This document shows, one piece after another, positions 50,428 to 61,125 of a stretch of 64,000 nucleotides of DNA (the first letter of the stretch is position 1; every line of letters begins with the position of its first letter). Location: assembly GCA_951406725.2 (NCBI GenBank), contig OX597828.1:54932001-54996000 (forward strand). Direction: 5' to 3'. This DNA comes from Octopus vulgaris. Lineage: Eukaryota. The position numbers were made by a program, and so were the translations under genes. The notes beneath the pieces were generated by a model, which saw only the letters and a list, made by a program, of their open reading frames with translations, was not told the origin of the DNA and did no database searches.

Positions 50428-51543
50428 GTAAGTATTCTGATTGCATTTATAATTTTCCCTTATTTTCAAGATGGTGCAACTGCAGAGACTGGGAAGTGTC
50501 AGACAAAGCATCTAATTATATACAGGCATTGTTTTAGTTCACATTGATTTTAATTGGAGTTAACATCAACTCTGGGAAAGAATTTCAACCGTGTTTCGTG
50601 GTCTGCTACCACAACAGCTCCTTTATAGGATCCAGTTAGCTCAACACATCATCAGGAGGAACCACATTCTGTTTTGGCCCCTACTCCTCTATCGTTTTGA
50701 CATGGTGGGGCCCCACTTTCGGATGTGTCTTCAACTCTGGTGTTGGGTGCATGCCTTCTTTCTTCTGTTCCCTGAAAAAAGAAGAAAGAAGACAACCCAA
50801 TACTATATAAGGATGCCTGTTGGTCACAGTTGACCATGCAACTGCACATTTATGCTCAAAAACATGGTTGAAACCCTTTTTGGGAAGACCAGCACTTGGC
50901 CCTACCCTCTCTCTGTTACTGATGTTTGTCTAAATAAAAGGCTACCAATTTGGGCCTATACAGTTTAGAATTAGTGTTAGAACACCAAAGATTCACAATA
51001 GACACTGCAAAGCATCTTGACTTCTCTGTTAAAGTTCTGCTCATTCACTGTCTGAGATGGGTACTTTTCTTTTTTAACCCTGAAAAGATGAAAGATAAAA
51101 CTAACTTTGATGGGATTTTAACTCAAGGAACAGAGTGTTAAAACAAATAGCACATAAGGTATTCCATCCATGACTCACTCTAATAACTCTACCATTTCAC
51201 CTCCATTTATGACCACCCATCATTATTTCCAGTCTCCATATCTTATTTTGTGTAGAATGCATATTTCTGCCCATCTTTTCACACTGACCAAATCAGGCTG
51301 ACTATGTGTAGCTTACATTTCCTTGTGGCTAAAATCTCTTTTTCAAACTGATGTCCAAGGAATGGTATTTTTGTGGATAGAAATCCGTCAATGAAGTTCC
51401 TAAAAATGAATAAACTCTGTGTGAAGTGCTTTGGGTTGGATGTTAAAAAAACACAAAAGGCAAAAAAAAAACTCCTATATTTAAGAAGTTGATGTTATCA
51501 GATTGTGGTGACAAATGTTGTTTGTTTATTTTACTTCATTCAG

Positions 51544-51771
51544 AATTCCACATTATATTACGATCCACGTACGGGGACATACTTCTATTACAACTACACA
51601 ACCAACGAGTATAAGTTCCATTCTAAAGTTGATTCCACAACCTCTGAGAACATCGATGAATGTGAGTCTCATTTGAGCGACTCTTCTTTGAAGAGTAAGA
51701 CAGAAGATTCCAGTGAGTTAGAGGAAGGAGAGATCAAAGAACACAAGAAAAAGAAATCAAAGAAAAAATTT
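51544..51771 (+). CDS. AGGF1: AGGF1 exon 5 (OCRE C-half, EEGEI motif, basic tract)
   Basis: ttcag|NSTLYYDPRTGTYFYY..YKFHSKV..LEEGEI..KKKF|gtaaat; 3' boundary less certain. Confidence 0.9.
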
Positions 51772-52715
51772 GTAAATATATTCTATGATTTTATTTCTTT
51801 TACCTTTTAATGACTGAAGACCGACTCGTTAATGTATCAAACAATGTATGTTGTTATATTGTTGCAGTTCACTTAACTCGGGCCATCTAGTAATGAGATA
51901 GGTATTATGATATATATATATATACACACCCACCAAAAGCCATCTCTACTCATTTCTTCAAATATATATATGTATATATGTGTGTGTACGTGTGTGTGTG
52001 TGTGTGTATATTGTACGTATGAAAACATCATCAACAATATAGTTATTACTTAATTAACTGTAGCTATTGAATTAATTTGATTGAATGTGATAAGGAAATC
52101 ATTTCCTCAAGTACAATTTTAGTGACGTGTTAACTAAATCAGCATTGCTGTTAAAAAAAAACGATTTTCCATGACCGTTGCCAGTGCTGGCCCTCGTGCC
52201 GGTGGCATGTAAAAAGCACCCACTACACTCTTGGAGTGGTTGGCGTTAGGAAGAGCATCCAGCTGTAGAAACTCTGCCAAATCAAGATTAGTTCGCCAGT
52301 CATTCAGTCAAATCGTCCAACCCATGCTAGCATGGAAAGTGGGTGTTAAACAATGATGATGATGATAATGTCTGGGTGGTTAAGAAGCTCACTTTGCATC
52401 CATGTGATTTTAGGTTCAGTCCCACTGTGCAGTACCTTGGGCAAGTGTCTTTTAATATAATCCTGTATGGAAGTCCATTGTATATGTGTGTGTGTGTGTT
52501 CGTCCCAACCAGTATCTGACAACTGGTGTTTGTTATTAGCCCCTGTAACTTAGGGATTTGGCAATAAAGACCAATAGAATAAGTGTCAGGCTTAAAATAT
52601 AAGCACTGAAGATCCATTTGCTCAACTAAAAATTCTTTTAGGTGGTGCTCCAGTATGTCCACAGTGAAATGACTGAAATAATAAAAAGAAAATCCCTTTT
52701 TCTCTCCTTAATCAG

Positions 52716-52998
52716 AAAAAGAAGCAGAAACACAGCCACAAGCACAGTTCTGACCTTCCAGTTGATCAACAATGGGAAAGTCGCAGCACAAACCTGCTTT
52801 CAGCAGAGGACAATACAAACACAGGTACAGAATTCAATCCTGAAGGCTGTCATTTGACAGCTGCTACTGTTTCCTATGGCCTAAGCCCTCCACAAAGTTT
52901 ATCTGAGAAAGATGAAGCTGACTATCTCGCATGCCAAGAACTTTATGCTCAGTCGTCGAAACCAATAGAACCCGAACAGTTTTACTTCAAGAAATCAG
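52716..52998 (+). CDS. AGGF1: AGGF1 exon 6 (linker; alternative in-frame donor after 52824)
   Basis: atcag|KKKQKHSHKHS..QFYFKKS|gtacag; open frame throughout, phase 0 to 1. Confidence 0.8.
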
Positions 52999-53137
52999 GT
53001 ACAGTTACTGGCCATCTTCTACAATTGCTCTCTCTTCTATTCACTCTGTTGGTCATGTTACCCTCAATGAACAGGGATGACAGAGGGGTGAGGACCCTTT
53101 TGTTTTGCAGGGGTAAAAGGTAGCTTCACTAGTGTTG

Positions 53138-53514
53138 TACTTAATTGTACTTGTGGTGACATTCACCCTGGGCGGGTTGAGTCGGCTTCTTCTACCGGAA
53201 GAAGTTTCGTGGGAATATGTGGATTTCACAAGCGGTCCCCAACAATCCTGCATGCAGAGACATCCTGTTTGTCGCAGGTTGTCCGCAGACGCAGGGACAG
53301 AACGACCGAGGAGCTGCTGGTTTCCGAAACTGACACTCCGAGGATTTTCACCAGAGCCCCGTCTGCCGGGTTGTGGCCTTAATACCACTTGGTGTCAGAC
53401 CAATCCGCCTTGGGTGGCCCTATCAGGAACTGAAGTTCCCAACGGCATGGCACTGACACTACCCGTTGCCAGCGTCCCCACCAAGGTGAGGAGGGGATGG
53501 ACTTTAGGGATGCA
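53138..53514 (-). mobile_element. Bipartite non-autonomous RTE derivative with 10-bp TSD
   Basis: TSD actagtgttg (53128-53137, 53515-53524); 3' tail nearly identical to RTE fragment 22613-22667; 5' part has RTE/BovB-like motifs gccatgccg and agggccacccaaggcgga. Confidence 0.8.
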
Positions 53515-54815
53515 ACTAGTGTTGGCACCAAAATAAAATGCATCTTGTATGTTCTGTTGAGTGGTTTCTGAATGTCTGGAGGCAAAATAGAATCAAGATA
53601 TGCCACTACTTGTGCATCTGATTCCTCTTAGACCCAATTTTTCTTTCAATTCATTTGTACTCCATTATCTAACCATAAAACCATTATACAAGTAGCAGAG
53701 TATGCTTGTTTCATTTCTTTCCATTCTTTGCCCCTTGTTTCCCATTCACAGCCCCTGTTTCACTCTCATGCAATATTGCTCCTTATACATACAACCTTTT
53801 CTTCACTCAAAGAAAGAATCACTCTGTTTCCAGTCGAGATAATAATTCTCTGAACTTTTCCTACCTTGTTCTTACTTTAGCATCTCTTTTAAAGTATCCA
53901 CCCCATTGCTTAATAAGGTCACTTAATTAAGGAAAACTATTATCTACTTCTGTAGTACATTCCAAATATTTTAAATAATGTATTTCATAGGCGCTCTTAT
54001 TGTTAACTGCTTCTGTGCAACTGTTGCATACAAAATATTCTCTGTCAACCTATCTTTGATCCCATTACACCTCTTGTGCACCCTTGCTCTCTCTCTCTCT
54101 CTCTTGTTCTACTCTACCATCCCATTTATACTCTGATCCCCGTTCCTTGTGAGTATGCCCTGGCATTTTGCCACCATCTCTCTCCCATGCTCTCTTGCCC
54201 TCTCGCTCTCTTCCACTCTCTTTCCCTCTTGCTCTCTCCTTCTAACTGGTTAACCATGTATCTCGTCTACAGCAACACACCTATTACTGTCCTCATTCTT
54301 GATCTCTCTCTCTGTCTCTCTCCCTCTCTCACCGCATATCTCCTCTACAGCAAGACACCTGTTTCTGTCTCTCTGTTACACTCTAACCTTTTATCGACTG
54401 GCACAAGGTCACCTTCTCTAATGCCCTCTCAAAGGATCTTTATCTTGCAAGTTACTTGGTGACCTTGCTAGTGCTGGTGTCACTTAAAAAAACACTCACT
54501 CCACTCTGTGGGGGTAGTTGGCATTAGGGAGGGCATCCAGCTGCAAAAACCATGTCAAAGCAGACACTGAAGCCTGGTGCAGTATTCTGATTAGCCAGCT
54601 CCTGTCAAATCGTTCAACCTATGCCAGCATGCAAAGTGGACGTTAGATAATGATGAAATTCTTAGCTTTACTGAATACTAAACATCATCACTCCCTCAAT
54701 GGCAATAATAGTGTTCCTGTCTTCTTTTCTGCTAACTAAAACTTTTGCCCATTAAAATTTTACTTTTTAATCATTAATTATTTTAATTACTTTTGTTGTT
54801 TTAATTACATTGCAG

Positions 54816-54970
54816 ATCCCTGTGATTTGTGGCCAGCTTGTGTCCGATTAATTGTGACAAAATCTAGTTATTTAAAAATTGGTAAACTCTTCCTTGTCAC
54901 GTACACGGGGGCTTCCATTGGTCAACGAGACAAAGATTTAATACAAATTATGGACTCTGGCAAACCAGGA
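54816..54970 (+). CDS. AGGF1: AGGF1 exon 7 (FHA N-part)
   Basis: tgcag|..LWPACVRLIVTKSSYLKIGKLFLVTYTGASIGQRD..KPG|gtaagt. Confidence 0.94.
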
Positions 54971-55802
54971 GTAAGTTGCTTATTTGTTTGTTTAGCCCCA
55001 AGCCAGTCCTCATAAAGCAAATTTATGATCAAAGGCATTCTAGCCATGACCATCTTGTCCATTTTCCTGCAATATATACCTTACACTTTTCAATGTATTC
55101 TTTTAGTACAGTAATTTCGAATTTGAGAGTGATTTAGCTGCTATTACTTGCATATTGAGTTACCATGCGGAGGCTGTTCATGTGCAGCTGTGGTTTAGTT
55201 TTTAACAATAACAGACAAAACATTTAAAAACCTGATTTCTTTTTTTTTCTGTAAATGTATGGCAGAATTGGTAGAGCACCAAGCAAAATAACTTGTGACA
55301 TTTGGTTATTTTCCACTACACTGAGTTCCAGTTGGACTGGTTTAACACCCCACCCTCCCACTCCAACTGACCCATGGGTGCCTTTAGCAGAGCCCACTTC
55401 TTGTCACTCATAAAAAAAAATAAAGTACATGCAATCACATTGAGGCCAGACAGAGGTGCTGTGACCACACAAGTGTTCATTGACCAGACAAAGCTGCAGT
55501 GACCTCATAGCGATTTTTGTTACCATAGTGACCAGACAGCGATGTAATGACCATATAGATGTTCATTGATTATACAGAAATTCAGTGACTTTAATGACTA
55601 CAAAGGTTAGTGACCACATTGAGGTTCACTGACCCCATAGTATTTTAACGATGATGATGATGATGATGAATGACCTCTTTGAAGTGTAGAGACCACAGTG
55701 ACCAGGGAGGAGTGTAGTGACCCTGTCAGATTTAATGATCATAGGCTCTTATTGGTTCAGTTGTTGATATGAATTGGGTAAGTGGACAGTTCTGTTACTG
55801 TG

Positions 55803-56096
55803 GAGGCACATGGCCTAGTGGTTAGAGCAGCGGACTCGCGGTCAAGGGATTGCAGGTTCGAATCTCAGACCGGGCGATGTGTGTGTTTACGAGCGAAACA
55901 CCAAAGTTCCACGCGGCTCCGGCAGAAGGTCATGGCGAACTTCTGCTGACTCTTTTGCCACAACTTTCTCTCACTCTTTCCTCCTGCATCTTGCAGCTCA
56001 CCTGCGACAGACTGGCGTCCCGTCCAGGTGGGGAACCTATACGCCAAGAAACCGGAAACTGGCCCTTATGAGCCAGGCATGGCTTGAGAAGAAGGA
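55803..56096 (+). mobile_element. tRNA(Arg-TCG)-derived SINE flanked by about 100-bp direct repeats
   Basis: Head tggcctagtggttagagcagcggacTCGcgg..ggttcgaatc; repeats at 55704-55802 and 56097-56199. Confidence 0.88.
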
Positions 56097-56750
56097 AGGG
56101 AGGGGTGTAGTGACCCTGTCAGATTTAATGATCATAGGATCTTCCTTATTGGTTCAGTTGTTGATAGGAATTGGGTAAGCGGACAGTTTTGTTACTGTGT
56201 GGACCTTTGATTAAAGACATTTTGACCAAGGCCATCCTACCTTGCTCTCTGGCATTGCACACCTTGGACTACTATATTCAGTATCTTCTCCACTTTTAAA
56301 TGCAGTGAGAGTTTATTTTTTGACAGCTCTTTCTAGCTAATAGAGAAACCTCATCAAGACATTCTTGTGGAAAGCAGTGTTCTGTTAGCAACTGACTTGA
56401 TTTTTAGTTCTAATCCAGTGCTGGCATTTGATTGAGTATCTGGGACAACATATTTACTTATACTCTTTGCTTTACTTATCCATCAGGAATTGGTACTACA
56501 CCACTTAGGAGTGTCACTTTTTATGCACTGTTGTCCTATCCTGGAGCATATTTATATCTCATCCACTTAATATAGTAAACTGAAATGTAAAAACCAGTTC
56601 CTCAAGCGTATTTTGAAGATTGTAGTACCATGCATATTTTGGTTATGATACAAGTATGTGTGAGCGTGTGTCCATACACATTTATTTTTTGTTATTTTTA
56701 TCATGTTTTATTTTGTTCATTTTATTCTTTGTGTTCTTTTGTTTTTGTAG

Positions 56751-56852
56751 TTGTTTGCTAAAATTTCATTTAATGAAAAGAACCAAAATTATGCTGTGAT
56801 AAGTTATTCTAAGCAGATTGGACCATTTGTGAACAGTACAGAAGTTCTTCAG
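56751..56852 (+). CDS. AGGF1: AGGF1 exon 8 (FHA middle)
   Basis: tgtag|LFAKISFNEKNQNYAVISYSKQIGPFVNSTEVLQ|gtatta; aligns to human FHAEIYFDHDLQSYVLVDQGSQNGTIVNGKQILQ. Confidence 0.88.
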
Positions 56853-57182
56853 GTATTAGTTCTTCACATATTATATACATATATACGTGTGTTTGTGTTT
56901 GTGTGTCTGAGTTTGTGCTTCAGATTCTTTTGTGAAACTTTAAAAAAACAACCCTATGACCTGAAGCTGACACACCTAAATAGACCCGCCTGGTTATAAA
57001 GGTCTACATGCATGAAGATATTCTGAACACAAAAAAACATACAAAACAAATGAATGAACAATATATATGTAAGAACTTTTCTTCACCCATTTCCTTCCGG
57101 TCATTCAAAATGTGACTGCGTGTGTACCGTTGGCGATTTTTTCCCCTCTGTCTTCCCTTCTCTGGATCTTTCCTTCTCCTAT

Positions 57183-57217
57183 GTTTCCGACGAAGAGCTC
57201 CGCTCGAAACGTTAAAC
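57183..57217 (+). ncRNA. Minimal hammerhead-like motif (U4C variant) in a repeat at about 57110-57310
   Basis: GUUU-CCGACGA-A-GAGC[ucc]GCUC-GAAA-CG-U-U-AAAC. Confidence 0.55.
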
Positions 57218-57506
57218 CCTCCTTCTTTCCTTCTTTCCTGAGCGTCCAATATTTGTTCCACGTCCTCGCGTTGTTGTGTTTTTTTGTTCTTTCATGTTTG
57301 GATTAACTATATATATATATATATGTGTATGTGTGTGTATATATATATATGCATATGCATTACCATAATTATTTATTTACTGTCTATGTTTTATACATAC
57401 ACACACATTTGTATGTGTGTATAATACATTTTTGTATATATATATACATGTAAAATTTCTATGAAAATTAAAATTTATCCTATATAGTGGTGTTTTCAAA
57501 CTTCTT

Positions 57507-57554
<48 letters not shown>

Positions 57555-57611
57555 TTTAGTTTCTTGTATCATCTCATATTGGCATTTTATAGTATTTGTT
57601 GGTATTTGTAG

Positions 57612-57768
57612 GGAGAGAGTCCTGTCCCACTACAACATGAAGACACCTTGACCGTGGGAGGTACGACCATGGCAGTCCACATCCACCCTGGTTCTGAGAC
57701 TTGCAATGATTGTGAACCAGGCCTGGTTCAAGCTAAATATGACTCACAATCAAAAACCTGTCAGCCTG
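57612..57768 (+). CDS. AGGF1: AGGF1 exon 9 (FHA C-part)
   Basis: tgtag|GESPVPLQHEDTLTVGGTTMAVHIHPGSETCNDCEPGLVQA..|gtaagt. Confidence 0.95.
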
Positions 57769-58540
57769 GTAAGTCAAATGAGTTGAACTGTTTGTTGTTG
57801 TTGTTGTTTAGGTCCAGGTCGGCTCTGATGAAACTGATGTGGTCAAAAGCATTCCAGCTGTCAGTGACCACCCCAACTCTCCCTCTATTTTTTCATCAGA
57901 CATAGTGTATCTAGGACTATATATTCAAACGTATCCTCCAATTTTTTTAGACGGCAAGCCTTCATTCAAGAGAGATTTGGGGCTGATAAATTAATTAGCA
58001 GTGAAACACTGGGATCGATGTAAGTGACTAGCCCCCTTTCCCTGAATTTCAGGCCTTGTGCTTTTAGTGGAATGGATTATTATTATTATTATTATTATTA
58101 TTGAGTGAGAGAGCAGTTCATGCCATCAAAGTGACACTGGGGTAAAATATACGAAGCCCAATATACCCATCATGACTACCCGTCTGATAAGGGTACACCA
58201 GGCACATGCATCACAACCATATGTGCGCGACATGGTGATCTCATATCAAGATTAAACAGTACATGACCTTGCAGGTGGGGCCCAGTTAGAATTTTCTTCA
58301 GGTCGAGTAGCCCATCCCGCTCAAAAGTTCCCTGAATAAGGGTTGTCTAAGGATGTTGAACGAACCACCCGTGTTTCCAGAGGTGAATTATTCAAACCCC
58401 AAAGAATTCCTCCCTCTCAACACATAGCTATGATGCTCCCCCACTACTTCTGCTCTTGATCAGCGATGCACATATCGTCAGCCACTAAGGGACATGCTCA
58501 ACTGGTTAAGGTCAAACAACTGACTAGCAAATCTGTGGTA

Positions 58541-58578
<38 letters not shown>

Positions 58579-58852
58579 GTTATTGTTATTGTTATTAGGG
58601 CAGCAAGCTGGCAGATTCGTTGGCACACCAGACCAAATACTTAGTTGTTTTGTCTGTTCAAACACCACCGGGGTTGACTTTGCCTTTCATTCTTTCAGGG
58701 TTGATGAAATAAATACCAGTTGTGAACTGGGGTCAGTGTAATCAGCTTACCCCCTCCCTCAAAATTGCTGGCCATGGGCCAAAATTTTAAGCCAGTATTT
58801 TATTTTGTTTGTTTATTTGGTTTTATTTATTTGTTGATATTTCCTTGTTTAG

Positions 58853-58932
58853 AAATCCTTCCTTCTGAGAAATCCAAGCGAGACAAACACCGTCAGCAAC
58901 TGAAAGAGATTAAAAGGAAATATGGCTTAAAG
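58853..58932 (+). CDS. AGGF1: AGGF1 exon 10
   Basis: tttag|..KRDKHRQQLKEIKRKYGLK|gtaact. Confidence 0.93.
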
Positions 58933-58956
58933 GTAACTGCAGTCAGCACCAAGATT

Positions 58957-59067
58957 ATCATCACCACCACTACCACCACCACTACACCCATCACCACTAC
59001 CATCACTACTATCATCATTACCATCATTACTATCACTGCCTCCATGGCCATCACCACATGCACCATC

Positions 59068-59101
<34 letters not shown>

Positions 59102-59223
59102 TCACCACCATCACCACCACCACCACCACCATCATAATCATCATCACCATCATCATCACCACCACCACCATCACCACCATCATCATCATCATCATCATCA
59201 TCATCACCACCACCACCATCACC

Positions 59224-59257
<34 letters not shown>

Positions 59258-59318
59258 CTACCACCACCACCATCAACACCACCACCACCACTACCACCAC
59301 CATCATCATCATCATCAT
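58957..59318. repeat. Compound (CAC)n/(CAT)n trinucleotide microsatellite in AGGF1 intron 10
   Basis: Direct inspection; source of the spurious poly-H, poly-T/I and poly-M/V ORFs. Confidence 0.97.
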
Positions 59319-59374
59319 CTATATTATCTGTGGTTATTTATAACATGCATGTTTTGATATTTTCCATTACAAAG

Positions 59375-59508
59375 GATTCGGCGTATGTCAGCAACGTTGA
59401 GGCCCTGAAAAACCCCAATTATTCTGATAAAGCTTCGATCAGGCGTAAAACAGTTGGCAGCAGCAACCCCTACATCGAGAACACAGCAAAAGCAGCGTCA
59501 GTTAATGA
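59375..59508 (+). CDS. AGGF1: AGGF1 exon 11
   Basis: caaag|DSAY..LKNPNYSDKASIRRKTVGS..ASVN|gtaagg. Confidence 0.92.
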
Positions 59509-59877
59509 GTAAGGCATTCTAATTATACCATATCATCTTTATCCTTTAATTAACCATACCCTCTGTGACACGTATTGAGCACTCCTATCTCAATATATAA
59601 TACCAACAAAATACACTCTAGTACACTCTTAAATAGAAACCAAAAAAAAGTACACTCGCATATGCATGCACTCATATATGTTCTTAAATGCCAATAAAAA
59701 CACACAGTTTTGAATATCAACTAATACATACATGCAAACACATAGATGTCTATATTCATAGTCATACATAAATATTGAGGTATACATACACATACCCAGA
59801 GATTCTTGCAAATATTATGTATGTAATATTTCATGATTAAAAAGTTCTCCCCTAATTCTTTTTTTAAAATCTTTCAG

Positions 59878-59977
59878 AGAGATTCCATCAGAAAATAAAG
59901 GAAGGAAGATGCTAGAAAAATTAGGCTGGAATCCAGGAGAATGTTTAGGCAAATCAAACCAAAATATAACAGAACCC
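59878..59977 (+). CDS. AGGF1: AGGF1 exon 12 (G-patch)
   Basis: ttcag|..EIPSENKGRKMLEKLGWNPGECLGKSNQNITEP|gtaagt. Confidence 0.95.
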
Positions 59978-60890
59978 GTAAGTATATATCTAGTGATAGG
60001 ATTTGTCTATGGGACAACATTTTTGGATAAGTACAGGTTATGAATAGATATACGAAAGCTATGTCTTTATGCATTTAATCTAAGGCATTTTTCAGCAATT
60101 TGGTATTAAACGAAAATATTAATACATTAGGTACAGGAGTGGCTGTGTGGTAAGTAGCTTGCTTACCAACCACATGGTTCCGGGTTCTGTCACACTACGT
60201 GGCACCTTGAGCAAATGTCTTCTACTATAGCTTCGGGCTGACCAAAGCCTTGTGAGTGGATTTGATAGACAGAAACTGAAAGAAGCCTGTCGTATATGTG
60301 TATGTGTATATATATATCTGTGTGTATATGTGTTTGTTCCCCCAACATCGCTTGACAACCAATGCTGGTGTGTTTAGGTCCCTGTAACTTAGCAGTTTGG
60401 CAAAAGGAACCAATAGAATAAGTACTAGACTTACAAAGATTAAGTCCTGGGGTCGATTTGATTCGACTAAAGGCGGTACTCCAGCATGGCCACAATTAAA
60501 TGACTGAAACAAGTAAAAGAGTGAAAGAGTCTTCTGCTATTTTTGCTGCTCGTAAGAAAGAGAGATAAACCAATCCTATTGAATTAATACATAGCAATTA
60601 ACTTACTGGTTCAAACTTTGTCTCAAGGATGAAGAAGACTTTTATAGGACTTCATTTTGCTGTGAGGATAAATACGTACGAATATGACTCTATATACATT
60701 TATTTAAAGATAAACCCTTATGAAAATGAACAATTCTTTTAAGAAATTTGAAAATTCAGATGAGTGAAGGACGCAAATCAGCAAATTTTCTCTTCTTTTG
60801 TTGTTGTTTTGGATTGAAGACTTCTTAGTTGTTGCTACTGTTGTTGTTGTTGTTAAGCAACAAGACAGGTAAGGGTGATTAGGTGGTGGT

Positions 60891-61125
60891 CTAGGGCTTA
60901 GGGGCGGGAGACCCCAGACCTTGGGAAAAAAAAAACTTTGGTTGTCTTGTTGTAATCGATGGCTCTTCGTTGACGCCCGACACCACTGGGAGGTGGCCCT
61001 CGAAGTCGCTGGAAATGGAGATCTCCAGGTCCAAATTCTTGGACGGCTGCTGCTGCTGCTGTACACAAGGGGATGGCTTTTGTTGGAACACTGCCTTTTG
61101 GTGAAAGTTGTTCTTGCTGTTATTC
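60891..61125 (-). CDS. Putative terminal coding exon (or gene fragment) of an unidentified antisense gene inside AGGF1 intron 12
   Basis: GC-rich island with high GC3 codons (..QQQQQPSKNLDLEISISSDFEGHLPVVSGVNEE..PKP*); minus-strand AATAAA at 60699-60704. Confidence 0.4.

Noticed and set aside
50590-50980. Possible solo LTR (TATA-like at about 50804, AATAAA at about 50933)
   Set aside because: No convincing TG..CA ends with a TSD.
58765-59357. Poly-His, poly-Thr/Ile and poly-Met/Val ORFs
   Set aside because: Intronic CAC/CAT microsatellite; only 58853-58932 is coding.
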